Source: Macrostomum lignano
Taxonomy: Eukaryota
Direction of reading: 5' to 3'
Assembly: GCA_002269645.1 (NCBI GenBank)
Contig: NIVC01003104.1
Span: 116,103-180,102, forward strand
Length of the DNA stretch: 64,000 nucleotides
Part shown: one piece after another, positions 26,201-38,200 of the stretch
Layout: each line of letters begins with the position of its first letter
Numbering within the stretch: the first letter of the stretch is position 1
Program-made: the position numbers and the translations under genes
Notes under the pieces: model-generated
Told to the model about the DNA's origin: nothing
The model's input: the letters and a program-made list of their open reading frames with translations, nothing else
Databases searched by the model: none

Positions 26201-29200
26201 CAAACATTAAAGAGCCACAATGTCAAAACTTAAAGAGCCACCATGTCGAAGATTAAAGTGCTCCCATGTCAAACATAGAAGAGCCACCATGTCAAACATT
26301 AAAGAGCCACAATGTCAAACACAAAAGAGCCACCATTTCAAACCTAAAAGAGCCACCATGTCGAACATTAAAGAGCCACCATGTCGAACATAAAAGAGCC
26401 ACCATATCAAACATAAAAGAACTACCATGTCAAACATTAAAGAGCCACCATGTCGAACATTAAAGAGCCACCATGTCAAACATAAAACAGACACCATATC
26501 AAACATAAAAGAACTACCATGTCAAACATTAAAGAGCCACCATGTCGAACATTAAAGAGCCACCATGTCAAACATAAAACAGACACCAATAAAAACATTA
26601 AAGATCCACCATGTCGAACATTAAAGAGCCATCATATCAAACATAAAACAGCCACTATGTCGAACATTAAAGAGCCACCATGTCAAACATAAAACAGAGC
26701 CACCATTTCGAAAAGTAAAGTAAAGAGCCACCATGTCGAACATTAAAGAGCCACCATGTCAAACATAAAAGATCTACCATGAAGAACATAAAAGAGTCAC
26801 CATGTCAAACATTAAAGAGCCACCATGTAAAACATTAAAGAGCCACTATGTCGAACATAAAAGAGGTACCATGTCAAACATTGAAGAGCCACCATGTCGA
26901 ACATAAAAGGGCCACCATGTCAAATATTAAAGAGCCACCATGTCAAACATTAAAGAGCCACCATGCCAAACATTAAAGAGCCACCATGCCAAACATAAAA
27001 GAGCCACCATGTCGAACATAAAAGAGCCACCATGTCAACCATAAAAGAACCACCACGTCAAGCATATACATTACTCCATGTCAAACATAAAAGAGTCACC
27101 ATGTCAAACATTAAAGAGCCACCATGCCAAACATTAAAGAGCCACCATGTCAAACATTAAAGAGCCAGCATGTCAAACATAAAAGAGCCACCATGTCGAA
27201 CATTATTGAGCCACCATGTCAGACATTAAAGAGCCACCATGCCAAACATAAAAGAGCCACCAAATCAAACATAAAAGAACTACCATGTCAAACATCAAAG
27301 AGCCACCATGTCGAACATTATTGAGCCACCATGTCGAACATAAAAGAGCCACCATGCCAAACATAAAAGAGCCGCCATGTCAAACATAAAAAAGCTACCA
27401 TGTCAACCATAAAAGAACCACCACGTCAAGCATATACATTACTCCATGTCAAACATTAAAGATCCACCATGTCAAACATTAAAGAGCAGGCATGTCAAAC
27501 ACTAAAGGGCCAGCATGTCAAACATAAAAGAGCCACCATGTCGAACATTATTGAGCCACCATGTCAGACATTAAAGAGCCACCATGCCAAACATAAAAGA
27601 GCCACCATGTCGAAGATTAAAGTGCTACCATGTCAAACATAGAAGAGACACCATGTCGAACAACTGAGCCACCATGTCAAACATAACAGAGACACCATGT
27701 CAAACATTAAAGAGCCACCATGTCAAACATTAAAGAACCACGATGTCAATCATTAAAGAGCCACTATGTCAAACATATACGTGACTCCATGTCAAACATT
27801 AAAGAGCTACCATGTCAAACATAGAAGAGCCACCATGTCAAACATAGAAGAGACACCATGTGTCCATGTCAAACATAGAAGAGCCATCATGTCAAACATA
27901 AAAAGAAGTGTCATGCCAAACAAAATGGAGCCACTATAAAGCTAAGGAAATTATTGCACTAGCTACTTGATGTCTGGTGGATGCTTGCTATTTAAGGATG
28001 GATACTTGCTATCAGGGGGATGCTTGGTATCTGAGTGATGCTTGCTATTGGGGGGAGGGATGCTTGCTATCGGAAGAATGCTTGCTATCTGGGGTAACTT
28101 GCTATTGGGGGATGCTTGCTCTTGGGGAGTGGAGGGTACTTGCTATCTGAGAGGGGGTTGCTAGCTATCTATAAGGATTCTTTGTATCCAGGGATGCTTG
28201 CTATCTGGGGGATGGTTGCATGCTGTCTGGGGATGCTTGCATGCTGTCTGGGGATGCTTGCATGCTGTCTGGGGATGCTTGCATGCTGTCTGGGGATGCT
28301 TGCATGCTGTCTGGGGATGCTTGCATGCTGTCTGGGGATGCTTGCATGCTGCCTGGGGATGCTTGCTATCTGGGCGATTCTTGCTATCTGGGAGATGCTT
28401 GCTATCTGGGGGATGCTTGCATGCTGTCTGGGGATGCTTGCTATCTGGGGGATTCTTGCTATCTGGGGGATGCTTTCGTGCTGTCTGGGGATGCTTGCTA
28501 TATCTGGGGGATTCGTGCTATCTGGGAGATGCTTGCATGCTGTCTGGGGATGCTTGCTATCTGGGGGATGCTTGCTATCTGGAAGATGCTTGCATGCTGT
28601 CTGGGGATGCTTGCTATCTGGGGGATTCTTGCTATTTGGGGGATGCTTGCTATCTGGGAGATGCTTGCATGCTATCTGGGAGATGCTTGCATGCTGTCTG
28701 GGGATGTTTTCTTTACAGATGGAATGTCTGTTGTCTTTGTGAAAGCTTTATTTCGCTGTCTTTTTGTTACTTTTAGAGAACAGATATTCTATTTAGATGT
28801 CCCCCATCGGGGGGCGAAGATTGCTAGTCCTATATACTAAAAATGAAAATCTTGTTTGTTTGTACGCAATCGATTAGAGAAAAAATGGCTGGACCGATTT
28901 TGTTCGAACTTGCACTGTTCGATCAGAAATTTTCCCGTGACGGTACATGCATCGTGGCTAAGAAATTGCTCGATGCTAAAGGCATTAAATATTCGAAAAA
29001 CATGCTTTTTTGCAAAGGTCAAGCAAACTTTTTGACTTGAAATGCATTGTAAGAATGCTAGAGAAAAAACTGACTGGTTGAATTCTGATTCTGAAATAGA
29101 TTGCATCATAACTGAATTGTAACTCTGACTTGAATTGAAAATGCAGTGTGGAAGCGTAGCACCAGACTTGATTTAAATTGCGTAACCATATTGTTAACTG

Positions 29201-32200
29201 ATACTGACTGACTGAGAAACTGATTATGTCATAACTGCTTCGTGTGATTTACTCTATGCTTGGCTTTTAAAGTGTTGAATTATATAAGTGAAAAATTTGA
29301 TGTTATCAAAACGATGAGAGCTAGCCTAGAGGTGAACAAACTGAAATGCTAAATGCAGTTTGGTTCGAATTGGTTCGAATTTTCATAGAGTATAATTTTT
29401 TTAATTAAAGCTTTTCAACGTCAGGAAAACTAAAAGACTTTTTAAAAAGAAGCGTCATTTAAAAAATCATAGAAGCGTCATGTAAAAAATCATAGAAATG
29501 CCATGTAAAAAATCGTAGAAGCGTCATGTAAAAAATCGTAAAAGCGTCATGTAAAAAATCTTAGAAGCGTCATGTAAACAATCATAGAAGCGTCATGTAA
29601 AAAATCGTAGAAGCGTCATGTAAAAAATCTTAGAAGCGTCATGTAAACAATCATAGAAGCGTCATGTAAACAATCATAGAAGCGTCATGTAAACAATCAT
29701 AGAAGCGTCATGTAAACAATCATAGAAGCATCATGTAAAAAATCGTAGAAGCGTCATTTAAAAAATCATAAAAGCGTCATGTAAAAAATCTTAGAAGCGT
29801 CATGTAAAAAATCGTAGAAGCGTCATGTAAACAATCATAGAAGCGTCATGTAAACAATCATAGAAGCGTCATGTAAAAAATCGTAGAAGCGTCATGTAAA
29901 CAATCATAGAAGCGTCATGTAAAAAATCATAGAAGCGTCATGTAAAAAATCATAGAAGCGTCATGAAAAAATCATAGAAGCCTCATTTAAAAACTAATGA
30001 AAGTGTCATTTAAAATATTAAGAAGCATCATGCTAGAATAAAAGAAGCGTCATGTCAGACATGAAGGGTGTCATGTAAAAATTAAATGAAGCTATAATGC
30101 TGTGCTGGGGAGAATTACTGAGACGTCAAGGCTCTTAGAGAAAAACTGAGATTACGGGGGGGGGGTTTCTGAGATGTCAAAGCAAAAGTCAGAAGCTACT
30201 TCAAAGTTCATGTACTTTACTCCATTTTTTTATTGCATTCTTTGTTGGCTCGTCACGGGGGGGCGCTGATAGAAGAAAAGTCATGTAAAAAATAAAAGTA
30301 CCACTATGTATACATAAAAGAAAAGTCATGTCGAAGTTAAAAGATTCATTTGGGAATTGCTACGATGTCAAAGCTTGGAGGGAATCGTTATAGTGCTGTG
30401 ATTCTTAAAGAAGGAATCACTAAAATGTCAAGGCTTAGGGGAGAAGAATTGCTGAGATTTCAAGGCTTTAGGTTGGGTTAAAGTTAGGTTTAGGTCAGGT
30501 GTGGGTTGAGGGTTATATTTTATCGGGTTTCAAGGTTAACAGGGGATTTTTTAGATTTCAAGGTTTATGGGGGCCATTGCTGACATGTCAAGGCTTACGG
30601 GGGGAATAGCTGAGATGTCAAGGCTCACGGGGGTATAAATGAGATTTCAAGGCTAAAGTCAGAAGCTACATGTAGTTTATTGAAAACTTTTTATTACATT
30701 ATTTGATACCTCCTCAGGGGAGGGATCGCTGATAAAAAAGCGTAATGTAAAAAATAAAAGAAGCTTCATGTCGAAGTTAAGAGATTCATTTGGGAATCCC
30801 AACGATGTCGAGACTTGCAGGGAATCGCTATAATGCTGTAGTAGTGCTATAATGACTCTCAGAGAGAATTACTGAAATTTCAATGCTTTAGGGTTAGGTT
30901 AGGGTTAGGGTTAGGGTTAGGCTAGGGTTAGGGTTAGAAGGTTGACAGATATTTTTAGATTTCCAAGGCTTATTGGGGGCATTGCTGAGATGTCAAGGGG
31001 GGAAGTTGATATGTTAAAGCTTGTGGGGGGGGGGTAACTGACATGTCAAGGCTTACAAGGTTTGACAGGAGATTTTTTAAGATTTCAAGGATGCATGTAG
31101 CTTATTAAAAAAACGTGTATTGCATTTCTTTGGTTCCCCAACGGGGGGCGTAGATTGCTAGTTTTAGCTAAAAAGTACGCTGTGGATATCGTAAAAAATT
31201 GTTCATATTCTGCAAATTCGTTCGAAAAATGCAGCAGAAAATTTAATTTGAAATCGTAATTAAAAGTTTTCTCTTTTCTATTTGTTCGTTTGAAACCTCA
31301 CTCCCATCACTCAAATCTCACTCCAATTGCTCAATTCTCACTCCTATCGCTCAAATCTCACTCCCATCACTCAAATCTCACTCCCATCACTCAAATCTCA
31401 CTCCCATCACTCAAATCTCACTCCCATCAATCAAATCTCACTCCCATCACTCAAACCTCACTCCCATCACTCAAATCTCACTCCTATCGCTCAAATATCA
31501 CTCCCATCACTCAAATCTCACTCCCATCACTCAAATCTCACTCCCATCACTCAAATCTCACTCCCATCACTCAAATCTCACTCCCATCACTCAAATTTCA
31601 CTCCTATCGCTCAAATATCACTCCCATCACTCAAATCTCACTCCCATCACTCAAATCTCACTCCCATCACTCAAATCTCACTCCTATCGCTCAAATCTCT
31701 CTCCCATCACTCAAATTTCACTCCTATTGCTCAAATCTCACTCCCATCACTCAAATCTCACTCCCATCACTCAAATCTCACTCCTATTGCTCAAATATCA
31801 CTACCATCGCTCAAACCTCACTCCCATCACTCAAATCTCACTCCCATCACTCAAATTTCACTCCTATCGCTCAAATTTCACTCCTATCGCTCAAATATCA
31901 CTCCCATCACTCAAATTTCACTCCTATCGCTCAAATATCACTCCCATCACTCAAATCTCACTCCTATCGCTCAAACCTCACTCCCATACTCAAATCTCAC
32001 TCCTATCGCTCAAACCTCACTCCTATCGCTCAAACCTCACTCCCATCACTCAAATCTCACTCCCATCACTCAAATCTCACTCCCATCACTAAAATCTCAC
32101 TCCCATCACTCAAATTTCACTCCTATCGCTCAAATATCACTCCCATCACTCAAATTTCACTCCTATCGCTCAAATATCACTCCCATCACTCAAACCTCAC

Positions 32201-35200
32201 TCCCATCACTCAAATCTCACTCCCATCACTCAAATCTCACTCCTATCGCTCAAATCTCTCTCCCATCACTCAAATTTCACTCCTATTGCTCAAATCTCAC
32301 TCCCATCACTCAAATCTCACTCCCATCACTCAAATCTCACTCCAATTGCTCAATTCTCACTCCTATCGCTCAAATCTCACTCCCATCACTCAAACCTCAC
32401 TCCCATCACTCAAATCTCACTCCCATCACTCAAATCTCACTCCCATCACTCAAATCTCACTCCCATCACTCAAATTTCACTCCTATCGCTCAAATATCAC
32501 TCCCATCACTCAAATTTCACTCCTATTGCTCAAATATCACTCCCATCACTCAAATCTCACTCCTATCGCTCAAACCTCACTCCCATACTCAAATCTCACT
32601 CCTATCGCTCAAACCTCACTCCTATCGCTCAAATATCACTCCCATCACTCAAATTTCACTCCTATCGCTCAAACCTCACTCCCATACTCAAATCTCACTC
32701 CTATCGCTCAAACCTCACTCCTATCGCTTAAATATCACTTCCTTCACTCAAATCTCACTCCCATTACTCAAATCTCACTCCAATTGCTCAATTCTCACTC
32801 CTATCGTTCAAATATCACTTCCTTCACTCAAATTTCACTCCCATTACTCAAATCTCACTCCAATTGCTCAAATCTCACTCCCATTACTCAAATCTCACTC
32901 CAATTGCTCAAATCTCACTCCTCTCACTGTTTTCTTATATCTCATATATTCCTAGATCTGTTCCCCTATATATTTGCCCTGCATCTGGCCTATCCCTCGC
33001 TATCCCTGTTCCAGACAAAAGTGCGTTGAATACTTGTAACTTTGCACTTCTACAGCTCCTTCAAATGCTAGACTGCATGCAAAGCCGGTATTGAGGGTTG
33101 AGAGATTTGGGCGCCCGTAGCAGCGGCCCCCCGTCAAGCGTCATTCGCTGACAGCCGACAGGCGGCCGCTGATTGAACCGTAGCCCTTTGTCTTCCCCCA
33201 GCTGTTGCCGCGTAGGCGGAATGGACGGCGGTTTCTATTGAAGTGCCATTGAAGTTTTGACAATTCGACATGCGCCTTCGCCCATCAGCTATGGGTCTAT
33301 CAAGCTCTTTCCCTTGAAAGTTGAATACCCTAATCATTTCGGCGTCGGTAATGAAAACAAGGTTGACACTTTCTTAGAAAAGAAAGGAAGCAGACTAATG
33401 AGAAGGGAATTAACTTTTGATAATAAAGTTCTAGTACTGTAGATTTGTGATTCGTGTACTGGTTAATTTTTGGTTCCTGTACTGATTAATGTATGGTTCC
33501 TGTACTGGTTGATTAATGATTCCTGTACTGGTTGATTTTTGCTTCCTATACTGGTTGATTTATGATTCTTGTACTGGTTGATTTATGATTCCTGTACTGG
33601 TTGATTAATGATTCCTGTACTGGTTGATTTATGCTTCCTATACTGGTTGCTTTATGGTTCATGTATACTGGTTGATTTACGGTTCCTGTACTGTAGTTTC
33701 CATCACATTTATGCTTTTGACTTAGGGTTATTGTAAGGCTACTTAACCCCTTCCCTACTCCATATGTAGATAGGCTCGGTACAAATCTCATTGAACGCGC
33801 CTACTCACCCGACACTTTGAGCAGCCTCTAGCGTAGGTTCCGTGCCTGAGGTATCTGGCCTGTTGATCCGTCACCACGGGGGAGCCCAGCTCCGAGTTCA
33901 TTATTGCCTTCCGCATCGTCTTATTGGGCCACTGGGCGATCCAGCTGCACACGGACAGCATCGGCTGGCCGTGCTCCAGTTTGCCTGGCAACGGGGGCGT
34001 CAGTAACAGTCCGAGTTTCATTCTGGGAAATACGCCCCATCTCTCTAAGGTGGTCAGCTGTGAACACTCTCATCTCATTGCCTCACTCTCATCTCATTGC
34101 CTCACTCTCATCTCAGTGCCTCACTCTCATCTCATTCCTCTCACTTTCATCTCATTGCCTCACTCTCATCTCATTGTCTCTCACTCTCATCTCATTGCCT
34201 CGCTCTCATCTCATTGCCTCACTCTCATCTCATTGTCTCTCACTCTCATCTCATTGCCTAACCCATCCGCCCCACCCGCTCACCGGTCACCAGGTACAGT
34301 TTTTTCAAATGCACTTCGCGCGAGATAATGCTGTTGGCTTCGCCGTGGTACCTGACCACGATGCCGTGGCCGCAGTTGTCTCTCTCTCCGTAAATCCACA
34401 GGTGCATCCGACGGTTGGGGATGAGGTTTGGAATCTGCGTTCGGAATCCGTTGGTTTTGCGGGCGGGATTGATGAGTTGACAGTTGATCTGCTACTCCCC
34501 AACAGAGCACTTATTATCCAGCAAAGCACTCACCTTGGCCGAGTTGCGGAATACCGCTTTCACGCTGACCCAGTAGCGCTTGAGGTGCATGGTTGAGCTC
34601 AAATATTCACCGGTCATTCGTAGGAACCGAACTTTCAAAGCTGTCAATGCAGTTATGGGGGTAATGCGACAGTTATTGCAAGGTTATACAATAAGATTAT
34701 CGATGCATGCCCATGCGTACGTCAGAAAATGTACATGTGGACAAGTACAGCTGGGCAAGTCGCTGTCCGATTCTCACCGAAGTCGCTGGCGCAGAAGGCC
34801 ACCTGCGGGTGCAGCGGGTGATGCGGCCGGCAGGGGCAGGGCTTGGTGCCGAACCCATTGGGTATGACGGCTGCCACTGGCGGCGGCCCGCCGGCGGCCA
34901 GGGCCCAGCCGCCCACTAGCAGGAGGCTGGCGAGGCTGAACAACCGGGCGGCGGCTGTCGGCGACGAGTTTGCCGGCGTCTGCGTCGGCGGCAGCGGCGG
35001 CGAGTGCAGGTGGGAGGGCTCAAGTGTCGGGCTGCTGCTGCTTGAACGGGCCATGCCGCAGGGCAAGCAGCATCGCCGATTCAGGACTGGCTGGCGGCTG
35101 GGGGATTCGAGCTGGGACCTTGGGCGCGCTGACGCAGAGAAGGGAGCGCAGGCTTGGAGCGGCAGAATTGCGCCAAAAGTTCAACAATAAACGGCAAAAG

Positions 35201-38200
35201 CAGAAGAGGGGACCAGAGAGCGGTGCTTGGGCGAGTCGTCAAAGTCTGCTTTTTCAATAGCCAAGTGCCGATCATAGCTGGGGGGAGTTGAGGTGGCGTC
35301 TCCCCCTCTTAATCCTTTATCCTATCCGGGCGGGCCGCTCCGTCCCCTCCCTGCCACTTGCTATCCCCGGGAGCCGGGAAGACGGGAAGAAAGAGATTAG
35401 GAAGGAAGGAGAGAGACATGGGCTTAGAGACGCTAGAAGACCGGGAGACTCAGTAAGGCCGGCGATTGGGCCCTGCTGTTCCGGTCGGGGATGGAGGGGC
35501 TCTGCGTGCGGGTACACTGGAGTGCGCGAGAGCTCGACAAGGGGACAGGCGGGGACTCGAGGGTTCAGGCAGGATTGCAATCGCCGCTCATTAATCTGGC
35601 TATGAAGCTCTCTGCCGCTAAATTGCTTTCCTAGCCGTGTTCTGTCTCTCTACTAGTATCTACTCGAGCAGAACCCTCCAGATGAAGCTGAGCCATAAGG
35701 CCTATGTGCCGCAGGGCGTACTTGATGAGCCCCTCCCCCGGTAAGGGTGAAACCTGTCTTAATCCCAACGTTGGTTCAAGTCGTCACGATTCTGCCGAAA
35801 TTTCCTTATAGTGTTTAAAAAATTATCCCCCCGTTCAAACAAAAACCAAGTTGTGAGCCCGAAGTCAGGACTCTGGGGAATCGCTATTGGGACAGTGATG
35901 GCCAGAGGTAGAGCATCTGATCTTCTTCAATTGTCAAGAGATTTAATTTTATTGGCCAATAAATACTGACTTGGCAGCAACCTCCCCTATGTCAGGGATG
36001 CTAAACTGTGTCAGGGTTGCTGTCAGGGATGCTAAACTGTGTCAGGGTTGCTGTCAGGGATGCTAAACTGTGTCAGGGATGCTAAACTGTGTCAGGAATG
36101 CTAAACTGTGTCAGGGATGCTAAACTGTGTCAGGGATGCTGTTAGGGATGCTAAACTGTGTCAGGAATGCTAAACTGTGTCAGGAATGCTAAACTGTGTC
36201 AGGGATGCTAAACTGTGTTAGGGATGCTAAACTGTGTCAGGAATGCTAAACTGTGTCAGGAATGCTAAACTGTGTCAGGAATGCTAAACTGTGTCAGGGA
36301 TGCTAAACTGTGTCAGGGATGCTAAACTGTGTCAGGGATGATAAACTGTGCCAGGGATGCTAAACTGTGTCAGGGATGCTAAACTGTGTCAGGGATGCTA
36401 AACTGTGTCAGGAATGCTAAACTGTGTCAGGGATGCTAAACTGTGTCAGGAATGCTAAACTGTGTCAGGAATGCTAAACTGTGTCAGGAATGCTAAACTG
36501 TGTCAGGGATGCTGTCAGGGATGCTAAACTGTGTCAGGGATGCTAAACTGTGTCAGGGATGCTAAACTGTGTCAGGGATGCTAAACTGTGTCAGGGATGC
36601 TAAACTGTGTCAGGGATGCTAAACTGTGTCAGGGATGCTAAACTGTGTCAGGAATGCTAAACTGTGTCAGGGATGCTAAACTGTGTCAGGGATGCTAAAC
36701 TGTGTCAGGGATGCTAAACTGTGTCAGGAATGCTAAACTGTGTCAGGGTTGCTAAACTGTGTCAGGGTTGCTGTCAGGGATGCTAAACTGTGTCAGGGAT
36801 GCTAAACTGTGTCAGGGATGCTAAACCGTCCCTATCCTCGATCTACTCTCAGCCCAGCCCATATGCCCAGCAGAAGCCGCGGTGCATGAAAAACAAATGC
36901 CGACTTTTCTGGGCCCCGACGTCGGCTGGCGGACTGCTCAGATATGAATAATAAATGCGGGCTGAGCTCAGGGCCGCTCGCGTCAGCTTTAATGCGTGAA
37001 TAATACAACAGTATGCTCGCATGCGCGAATACGCAATGCCAAGAAGACCTAAAAGCGGAACCTGGAGTGGCAGCTCTTCCTGAAAAATAGGATTAGGCAA
37101 GGGCTCAAAGCAGCTCAGTGGTGAACGCAGCTGAATCTCGAGCCGCGACCCCTGGTTCGATTCCGTGCGGCATTCATTTGGGGGGTTTGTGTACGAAAAT
37201 TGGCCGGAAGGTTGTCGTGAGATTCATGGCAATGAGGATCAAACCCCAGGCACAGAGACTGTACATGCCTATCGATTAGAAAGTCATGAGTCGAGTATGT
37301 GCTCAGGAGTCAAGCGGAATGGGCAGAATTGCCTCAGTCGAGTATGTGCTCAGGAGTCAAGCGGAATGGGCAGAATTGCCTCAGTCGAGTATGTGCTCAG
37401 GAGTCAAGCGGAATGTGCAGAATTGCCTCAGTCGAGTATGTGCTCAGGAGTCAAGCGGAATGGGCAGAATTGCCTCAGTCGAGTATGTGCTCAGGAGTCA
37501 AGCGGAATGGGCAGAATTGCCTCAGTCGAGTATGTGCTCAGGAGTCAAGCGGAATGTGCAGAATTGCCTCAGTCGAGTATGTGCTCAGGAGTCAAGCGGA
37601 ATGGGCAGAATTGCCTCAGTCGAGTATGTGCTCAGGAGTCAAGCGGAATGGGCAGAATTGCCTCAGTCGAGTATGTGCTCAGGAGTCAAGCGGAATGTGC
37701 AGAATTGCCTCAGTCGAGTATGTGCTCAGGAGTCAAGCGGAATGGGCAGAATTGCCTCAGTCGAGTATGTGCTCAGGAGTCAAGCGGAATGGGCAGAATT
37801 GCCTCAGTGCTGCTTGTGGGATGATGTCGATGAAAGCGTTGCTTGCGGCTATAAATTTTGTACAGCTCGTGGACTTTTTCTCAGAATTCCAAAGATCTTC
37901 AACTGAGAAGTGGAGACTTTATTGTAATTAAAAAAACAGCTCAATCTTACAAAATTTGGGCTTCGCGGAACAGCCGGCCATGCCAAGTGGTCGCCTTGGC
38001 GCTACTGCTGTCTGAAAACACACTGAGCGAGACAACCCCTTGACAGATGGCGCAGAAAACACAGTCTGGTCTGGGCGGTGCCTTTCAATGATCCCGACTT
38101 CTGTTTCTCAATAAGTCGGTGCGTGGCGGGGAGGGGATTATGAATAATTGCTGAGTATTGAGATTGTGAGAATGGAATTATTGCCTAGTTGGGGGGGGGG

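Larger units (their letters stand above)
24551..28827 (+). mobile_element. Non-autonomous Helitron-like element 1 (4277 bp)
   Basis: 5' A|TCTTATATACTAAAAATGAG...AATGGCTCAACCGATTT. 3' hairpin CCCCCATCGGGGG (28801-28813) followed by CTAG (28824-28827). The first ~570 bp are homologous to element 2. No Rep/helicase ORF. Confidence 0.8.
28828..31161 (+). mobile_element. Non-autonomous Helitron-like element 2 (2334 bp), directly head-to-tail with element 1
   Basis: Starts TCCTATATACTAAAAATG immediately after the CTAG of element 1. Ends with hairpin CCCCAACGGGG followed by CGTAGATTGCTAG|T (CTAG 31158-31161). Confidence 0.8.

Noticed and set aside
30888-30937. Chromosome end or fusion scar
   Set aside because: Only ~8 imperfect units, one orientation, embedded within a Helitron-like element.
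31290-33029. 579/542-aa Ser/His/Leu-rich ORFs
   Set aside because: Translations of the stop-poor 20-bp array; no splice support or homology.
35055-35066. ORF-track start MPCG for TIMP
   Set aside because: The codon at 35066 is TTG, an alternative start used by the ORF finder; the first in-frame ATG is at 35054.
37101-37176. Functional tRNA gene (also 14830-14908 and 25025-25092)
   Set aside because: Acceptor and anticodon stems are imperfect and each continues into a repeat body; treated as SINE heads.
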